From Bdellovibrionales bacterium (GTDB lineage Bacteria; Bdellovibrionota; Bdellovibrionia; Bdellovibrionales; UBA1609), in the NCBI GenBank assembly GCA_965247685.1, contig OZ252021.1, forward strand, positions 1,201 through 65,200: a stretch of 64,000 nucleotides of DNA. Direction: 5' to 3'. The stretch's first letter is position 1. Each line of letters opens with the position of its first letter. Of this stretch, positions 58,732 through 64,000 are shown piece after piece. A program made the translations under genes and the position numbers. The notes under the pieces were generated by a model. That model searched no databases and was not told the DNA's origin. It worked only from the letters and a program-made list of their open reading frames with translations.

Positions 58732-58771
58732 ATTCTCCTGTAAGAGTTTTTGTATGTCAAATTGAGTGCCA
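58732..58771 (-). promoter_or_regulatory. Candidate promoter for the three-gene operon (sigma-54-like -24/-12 overlapping a sigma-70-like -35/-10)
   Basis: The minus strand reads AAAAAATGGCACTCAATTTGACATACAAAAACTCTTACAGGAGAATGG. One reading is TGGCAC-N5-TTGA (sigma-54 consensus TGGCAC-N5-TTGC). The other is TTGACA-17 nt-GAGAAT. It lies about 175-210 nt upstream of the start codon. Confidence 0.25.
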
Positions 58772-58847
58772 TTTTTTAAACTGAGGTGTGTCACATCAAT
58801 ACAATAGACTGGGATTCTTAAAAAAGTGTATCAATTCAATACAAAAT

Positions 58848-59756
58848 CTAAAATTTTATACCTTTAGAAAAAGTCCTATAAAAAATCTGTGGAAATTGGG
58901 TTTCCAAAACAAAGTTTCCCTTTTCAGGTCGAATTTGAGCTAAAGCTCCTAAAGGCAGAGGATCATTAATAGCACCATGACCACAAGGTAAATTCACAAA
59001 GACTGGAAACCTTTGAGACTTTGACCAAGGTTGAAGAACCTCTTTCACAATAGTACGATTATGCTGAGTCCACTTGCCAAAAATGACTGCTCGAACCTTT
59101 TGAAACACTTTTGCTTCCTTCATCTGCCATAAAGCACGATGCACCTCATAAGGCTTCGTATTTACATCTTCTAAAAACAGAATTTGATTCTTCCTAGAAA
59201 CAAAAACAGGAGTTTGAATAGAATTTTGAATGAGTGTGAGATTCCCACCCGTCAACAAAGCCTTCACCAATCCTGATTTTTGATTAATGATCTTTAAAGG
59301 GAAAAATTGGGCAGGTTTTTGAAATATATTTTTAAACTTTTTTAAAGAAGATGATGAAAGTGAAGAAAGAGAAGCCAAACAAGGAAAGTGCAAAGTCGGC
59401 CAGCGCAATTGATGGTGAATCCAATCATGGATCACAGTCACATCACTATGGCCAATAAATAATTTTCGAATAGGCGGTTTAGTTTTAAGCTTTTTGAGTC
59501 TTTTTATAATTCTTTGACTTCCATATCCCCCTCTCAAAGCCCAAATAATTGAAGAATCTTTAGACCACAAAGCTTTTTTGAAATTATTATAAGCCTCTTT
59601 TTCATTTTGAGCAAAAAATAAGGAATTTCTTTTCGACCCTGTTAGACGAAACTTCATGTTTTTAAAAATTAATTTTAAAACTAAAAATGCCTCTTGAATT
59701 TCTTTGGCACTGGCGGAAGAAGCTGGAGTCACAACATCCACAATAACGGGCTTCAT
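58848..59756 (-). CDS. ldcA: LD-carboxypeptidase (peptidase S66, muramoyltetrapeptide carboxypeptidase)
   Basis: ALRGGYGSQRI, IGHSDVT, TGGNLTL, FLEDVNTKPYEVHRALWQM and LPCGHG parallel E. coli LdcA motifs. ATGA overlap with purF. Confidence 0.88.
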   Translation of the reverse strand: MKPVIVDVVTPASSASAKEIQEAFLVLKLIFKNMKFRLTGSKRNSLFFAQNEKEAYNNFKKALWSKDSSIIWALRGGYGSQRIIKRLKKLKTKPPIRKLFIGHSDVTVIHDWIHHQLRWPTLHFPCLASLSSLSSSSLKKFKNIFQKPAQFFPLKIINQKSGLVKALLTGGNLTLIQNSIQTPVFVSRKNQILFLEDVNTKPYEVHRALWQMKEAKVFQKVRAVIFGKWTQHNRTIVKEVLQPWSKSQRFPVFVNLPCGHGAINDPLPLGALAQIRPEKGNFVLETQFPQIFYRTFSKGIKF

Positions 59757-61135
59757 AAAGACTCCACTCGTGTCGGGTAATTATGAGTGAAACAAGCATT
59801 ACAAAATCCATTTTGATTGGAATCCATAGTCGACATCAATTTTTCAACGGATAAAAAGCAAAGAGAGTCTGCTTCAAGATACTCTCTTATCTCTTCTAAA
59901 TTTTTTTGAGCTGCAATCAGCTGCGATTTTTGAGGTGTATCTACTCCATAGTGGCAAGGTCCAATCACAGGAGGAGAAGCGACACGAAAATGAACTTCTT
60001 TAGCCCCCGCCTGCAAAAGTATTTTTACTATCGCTTTAGAAGTCGTTCCCCGCACAATGGAATCATCAATCACAATCACTCGTTTTCCTTTAATGACACT
60101 GGTTTGTGGGTTGAGTTTTATTTTGACCTTAAAGTTTCTTACACTGGAACTTGGGTGAATGAATGTGCGGCCCACATAGTGATTACGAGTAATACCAAGT
60201 TCGAAAGGAATTTTGCTTTCTTCTGAATAGCCCAAGGCGGAAACCACTCCACTGTCCGGAACAGGAACCACTACATCTGCGTCCACAGGGCTTTCTTGTG
60301 CCAAAGCCTTCCCTAGTTTTTTTCTATTGAGATAAACATTGGAGCCAAAAACATAGCTGTCCGGCCTTGCAAAATAAATATGCTCAAAAACACAAGCCTT
60401 TCTTTTTTCTTTTTGATTCAAATAAGTAGAGGATAATTTATTTCCTTGAGAAATAGTAAGAACTTCTCCCTGTTCAATTTCCCGAATGTATTCTGCACTC
60501 AAGAGATCAAATGCACAAGTTTCAGAAGCCACCACATAAGACATTCCATTCTCTGATTTTTTTTTCCCCAACACGAGAGGACGAAAACCTCGAGGATCTC
60601 TGACTGCAATCAAGCTCTCAGGTGTGAGTAATACTAAACTGTAAGCTCCCTCCAATAAAGAAAGAGATTGAATTAAAGCTTCATGAAAAGATAAGGATTT
60701 TTTCATCCGTTGATGAATCAGATGGATTAAACATTCTGTGTCGCTGGAGCCTTGAAAAAAAAATCCATCTTGAATTAATTGTTCTTTAACACTTTTAAAA
60801 TTAACGAATTGCCCATTGTGAGCTATCGAAAAACAAAACTGAGAGTCCACTAAAGGCTGTAAACTATTTTCGTCTTGACTTTCCCCCCGTGTAGTATAAC
60901 GCGTATGACCGATAGATGAATTTCCTTTGAGCGAAGCTAAATTTTTTTCATTAAACACTTCTCCCACAAGCCCTAAACCTTTATGGGAAAGGAACTGATC
61001 TTTATTTACAGACACAATGCCTGCGCCCTCCTGCCCTCGATGTTGTTGTGCGTAGAGTCCAAGGTAAGAAAGCAAACTCGATTCATGATGATTCCAAATA
61101 CCAATTAGAGCGCATTTTTCATTCCAATGTTTCAA
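59753..61135 (-). CDS. purF: Amidophosphoribosyltransferase
   Basis: The nucleophile Cys in ...NEKCALIGIW is preceded by a 7-residue propeptide if the TTG 61135 start is correct. Also has a PRT domain (VIVIDDSIVRGTT) and Fe-S ligand cysteines (CVFEHIYF, CHYGVDTP, CNACFTHNYP). Confidence 0.95.
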   Translation of the reverse strand: MKHWNEKCALIGIWNHHESSLLSYLGLYAQQHRGQEGAGIVSVNKDQFLSHKGLGLVGEVFNEKNLASLKGNSSIGHTRYTTRGESQDENSLQPLVDSQFCFSIAHNGQFVNFKSVKEQLIQDGFFFQGSSDTECLIHLIHQRMKKSLSFHEALIQSLSLLEGAYSLVLLTPESLIAVRDPRGFRPLVLGKKKSENGMSYVVASETCAFDLLSAEYIREIEQGEVLTISQGNKLSSTYLNQKEKRKACVFEHIYFARPDSYVFGSNVYLNRKKLGKALAQESPVDADVVVPVPDSGVVSALGYSEESKIPFELGITRNHYVGRTFIHPSSSVRNFKVKIKLNPQTSVIKGKRVIVIDDSIVRGTTSKAIVKILLQAGAKEVHFRVASPPVIGPCHYGVDTPQKSQLIAAQKNLEEIREYLEADSLCFLSVEKLMSTMDSNQNGFCNACFTHNYPTRVESL

Positions 61136-61137
61136 GC

Positions 61138-63705
61138 TTATAAACTCCTGTTGATCTTTATTTTAGAATTTTTTAACGCTTCTTTCAAGTATGGACCAGT
61201 TAAACTTCGTTTCATTTGAACCACTTTCTCTGGAGTGCCTTGAGCTACAATGCGTCCTCCCTTTTTTCCACCTCGTGGGCCTATGTCCACCACATAATCA
61301 CAACATTTGATCACATCCATATTATGTTCAATAACTATCACTGTGTTCCCTTTATCCACAAGCTGATTTAAAACATCGAGCAATCTTTTAATATCATCAA
61401 AATGAAGTCCAGTTGTGGGCTCATCTAAAATATAAAGAGTGTCTCCTTGATTTTTTTTAGAAAGTTCTTTAGTGAGCTTAATTCTTTGAGCTTCTCCTCC
61501 AGATAAAGTCGCGGAAGACTGCCCGAGAGTCAAATAAGACAAACCCACATCTTCTAAACTTTTCAAATACCTGTAAATTTGAGGATGATTCTGAAAAAAA
61601 ACAGTAGCTTCTTTGACTGTCATATTTAAAATATCCGAAATATTCTTATCTTTGCAATATATACTTAAAATATCTGGAGAATATCGAGTGCTCTGACATA
61701 TTTCACAAGGAATCACAGCATCTGAGAGAAAGTGCATTTCTTGAACAATCTCACCCATACCTCGACAATGATCACATCTTCCTCCTTTCACATTAAAGCT
61801 AAAATGAGAAGCTGTAAAACCTCTCAGTTTGGAGGCCGGAAGATAAGCCATAAAATTTCGAATCAGGTTAAAAAATCCTACATAAGTTGCTGGAATAGAA
61901 CGTGAGTTTTTTCCGATAGGCTTTTGATCGACCATAATCACCTTTTTAATTTCATGAACTCGTAAAAGCTTTTCATATTTTAAAGGGGCGGTTGGAATTT
62001 TAAAAAGATTTTGATGAAGAGCTTTGTAAAGGGTATGCACTATTAAAGAACTTTTTCCACTGCCGGAAACACCCGTGATGCCAATCAATTTTTTTAAAGG
62101 GATCTTAAGGTGAACATTTTTTAAATTATGTCCAGCCGCCCCTATTAATTCTATATAACTCGATTTTTCAACTCTTCTTTTTTGAGGAATCGTGATGCTT
62201 TTTCGACCTGATAAATAATCCCCCGTTAAGCTTTTTTTGTTGTCTAAAATTTGTTGTATGCAGCCTTCTGCTACGAGAAGCCCCCCTTCTTTCCCAGCAC
62301 GAGGGCCGATTTCAATAATATGATCGGCGCTTCGAATCGTATTCTCATCATGCTCCACAATGATCACTGTATTTTCTCTAGCCTTAATTTTTTGAATCAA
62401 CTCCAAAAATAATCGACTGTCCACAGGATGTAGTCCAATACTAGGTTCATCTAAAATATAAAGAATACCTCTCAGCACAGAAGAGATTTGAGAGGCTAAG
62501 CGAATCCTTTGAGCTTCCCCTCCAGAAAGAGAACGTGTGGAACGGTCCAAACTAAGATAAGAGACTCCCACTTTTTGGAGCAGATGAATATCATCTATTA
62601 TTTTTTTAAGAATGTTATCCGCAATCACTTGATATCGATGAGGAAATTTAAGCTTCTTTAAAAACTTTTCTAAAGACTCCAAATCCATACGAGACACCTC
62701 TGAGATATTTTGACCTCCAAGAAAAACAGAAAGTGCAGAAGGTTGAAGCCTTTGCCCTTGACAGGAGGGGCATAATTTCAATTGAGACTCATCTTTTTCT
62801 AAAAAATCTTCTTCCTCCGTATAACCGATTCCATTACATTTTAAGCAGGCTCCTTTTGGAGAATTGAAACTAAAGAGCTTAGGCTCTAGTTCAGGCGAGG
62901 AAAAAAAACATTGAGGACAAGACGCATGAGTCGAGTAAACCTGAGAGGAAAGAGGTTTTCGGTTTCCTCGATTCTGCAATACTTCAATCTTGACAAAACC
63001 ATTTGAAAGCTTAGAGGCCAGATTCACACTTTTTAAAAATCTTTCTTGAAACTTTTCTTCTGCGTATAGCTGATCCATTAAAAGATTAATATCAAAATAT
63101 TTTTTATTTGAAAATGAAGGTAAAAAGTTCAAATCGAAAAATTTACCGTTGATTTGAGCTTTAGAATATCCCATAGAAAGAAATTTTTGAGCTTGAACTT
63201 TGAGAGAAATCTTTTTCCCTCGAACAGCAGGAGAAAATACTTTGATCAACTCTTTATTTTTGTGATTTTTTAAAACAGTCTGCACAATTTTTTCTTCAGA
63301 AACGGCCTGCAAAGGCTTTCGATGCTGTGGACAATAAGGCGTTCCAAGTTTAGCGTAGAGTAAACGAATATAATCATAGATTTCTGTCACTGTTCCAATG
63401 GTCGATCGAGGATTCGTACTGATTGTTTTTTGATCGATAGCCACAACAGGTGAAAGACCTAAGATAGAATCCACTTCTGGAGGTTTTAATTTTTCCATAA
63501 AGTATCGTGCATAAGTGGATAAGCTTTCGATATAGCGCCTCTGCCCTTCCGCATAAATAGTGTCAAAAGCAAGACTCGATTTTCCACTTCCACTGAGCCC
63601 TGTCAACACAGTAATCTTATTTCTAGGAATAAACACATTAATAGATTTTAAATTGTGTTCTCTGGCTCCACGAATTTCAATACCTTCTTTTTTAGGTATA
63701 GGCAT
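61138..63705 (-). CDS. uvrA: UvrA-family excinuclease ATPase, short form lacking the insertion domain
   Basis: IRGAREHNLKSINVFIPRNKITVLTGLSGSGKSSLAFDTIYAEGQRRY, two ABC signature/Walker sets, and zinc modules. Only about 17 aa separate CLKCNGIG from CPSCQGQRL, against roughly 120 aa in E. coli UvrA as I recall it. 855 aa versus about 940. Confidence 0.9.
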   Translation of the reverse strand: MPIPKKEGIEIRGAREHNLKSINVFIPRNKITVLTGLSGSGKSSLAFDTIYAEGQRRYIESLSTYARYFMEKLKPPEVDSILGLSPVVAIDQKTISTNPRSTIGTVTEIYDYIRLLYAKLGTPYCPQHRKPLQAVSEEKIVQTVLKNHKNKELIKVFSPAVRGKKISLKVQAQKFLSMGYSKAQINGKFFDLNFLPSFSNKKYFDINLLMDQLYAEEKFQERFLKSVNLASKLSNGFVKIEVLQNRGNRKPLSSQVYSTHASCPQCFFSSPELEPKLFSFNSPKGACLKCNGIGYTEEEDFLEKDESQLKLCPSCQGQRLQPSALSVFLGGQNISEVSRMDLESLEKFLKKLKFPHRYQVIADNILKKIIDDIHLLQKVGVSYLSLDRSTRSLSGGEAQRIRLASQISSVLRGILYILDEPSIGLHPVDSRLFLELIQKIKARENTVIIVEHDENTIRSADHIIEIGPRAGKEGGLLVAEGCIQQILDNKKSLTGDYLSGRKSITIPQKRRVEKSSYIELIGAAGHNLKNVHLKIPLKKLIGITGVSGSGKSSLIVHTLYKALHQNLFKIPTAPLKYEKLLRVHEIKKVIMVDQKPIGKNSRSIPATYVGFFNLIRNFMAYLPASKLRGFTASHFSFNVKGGRCDHCRGMGEIVQEMHFLSDAVIPCEICQSTRYSPDILSIYCKDKNISDILNMTVKEATVFFQNHPQIYRYLKSLEDVGLSYLTLGQSSATLSGGEAQRIKLTKELSKKNQGDTLYILDEPTTGLHFDDIKRLLDVLNQLVDKGNTVIVIEHNMDVIKCCDYVVDIGPRGGKKGGRIVAQGTPEKVVQMKRSLTGPYLKEALKNSKIKINRSL

Positions 63706-63740
63706 AATATCACCATGAGCTTTGAAGCTCTTCGTACATC

Positions 63741-64000
63741 TTATTCAAATTTTTTCATTCCGTTTTTAGTCGCTTCTGCAACAATATCAAAAGGGTGAAG
63801 GCTTTCCATATGATAAATACGCACATGATAATCTTCGACCTCATTTTGTTTTTCTAATTCATTCTTAATTCGACGAATGGCATCTTCAGAATACATAAGA
63901 TTTTGACTATTGAGATGAGCAAAGTGACTTTCATCTTGTCTTTTGACAGCCACTTGAACAGCTGTCCCTAAAGCTTTTTCCACATTATCAATCAAAGAAG
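63741..64000 (-). CDS. folE2: GTP cyclohydrolase FolE2/MptA family, C-terminal part (N-terminus lies beyond the right edge)
   Basis: The frame stays open to base 64000; the track start is an internal TTG. MYSEDAIRRIKNEL...YHMESLHPFDIVAEAT resembles the B. subtilis FolE2 C-terminus (RFVEDMVRLIAADL...NEESIHMHDAIASIT) as I recall it. Confidence 0.55.
   Translation of the reverse strand, partial: SLIDNVEKALGTAVQVAVKRQDESHFAHLNSQNLMYSEDAIRRIKNELEKQNEVEDYHVRIYHMESLHPFDIVAEATKNGMKKFE

Noticed and set aside
49411-58847. Calling the Cys-rich operon a mobile genomic island.
   Set aside because: No integrase, transposase, tRNA or flanking direct repeats are visible. The only scar is the adjacent ankyrin duplicate. 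The region looks somewhat more GC-rich by eye, but I did not compute composition. Horizontal origin stays open and is not claimed.

Overview
This is an AT-rich, tightly packed bacterial chromosomal window with about 48 protein-coding genes. I saw no rRNA, tRNA, CRISPR array, transposase, integrase or phage genes. Most genes are recognisable housekeeping genes: fbaB-like class I aldolase, lysS, recG, bamB with a yfgM-like partner, dnaJ, pyrG, cca, sodB, hisS, an EF-G, dcd, uvrB, gltX, carD/cdnL, spoT-rpoZ-gmk, ptrB, ldcA, purF, a uvrA-like gene and a partial folE2.

Three accessory blocks stand out.

(1) 18.8-31.6 kb is a 13-kb single-strand block. Its order is beta-barrel, beta-barrel, TPR, giant TPR, TPR, small membrane protein, FHA/TonB-like protein, TolQ, ExbD, ExbD. 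This follows the A-to-G order of the Myxococcus Glt/Nfs envelope machines and has the Agl-type motor genes attached.

(2) 49.7-58.6 kb is a three-gene operon encoding 571-, 705- and 1655-aa cysteine-rich secreted proteins that I cannot place in any family. Two of them share a prepilin/PilX-like N-terminus that lacks Glu5. The operon carries internal DNA tandem duplications and sits next to a signal-peptide ankyrin gene with a decayed partial duplicate. This is my best candidate for an undescribed system, possibly a fibre or pilus-tip adhesin module.

(3) Three paralogous acidic lipoproteins, a tandem pair at 43.0-45.1 kb and a lone copy at 5.1-6.1 kb, share a strict C-x5-C-x3-CD-x11-CY motif.

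Other notable points are an FHA-type sigma-54 activator translationally coupled to a POTRA-less Omp85-family barrel, an EF-G of the mitochondrial-EFG1-like subtype, and a UvrA lacking the insertion domain. The gene content (Glt-like cluster, FHA-type sigma-54 activator, mtEFG1-like EF-G, low GC) suggests a Bdellovibrionota/Myxococcota-related lineage, but that is inference only.

All calls come from reading the translations and DNA by eye. No searches were run, and the residue counts quoted are hand counts.
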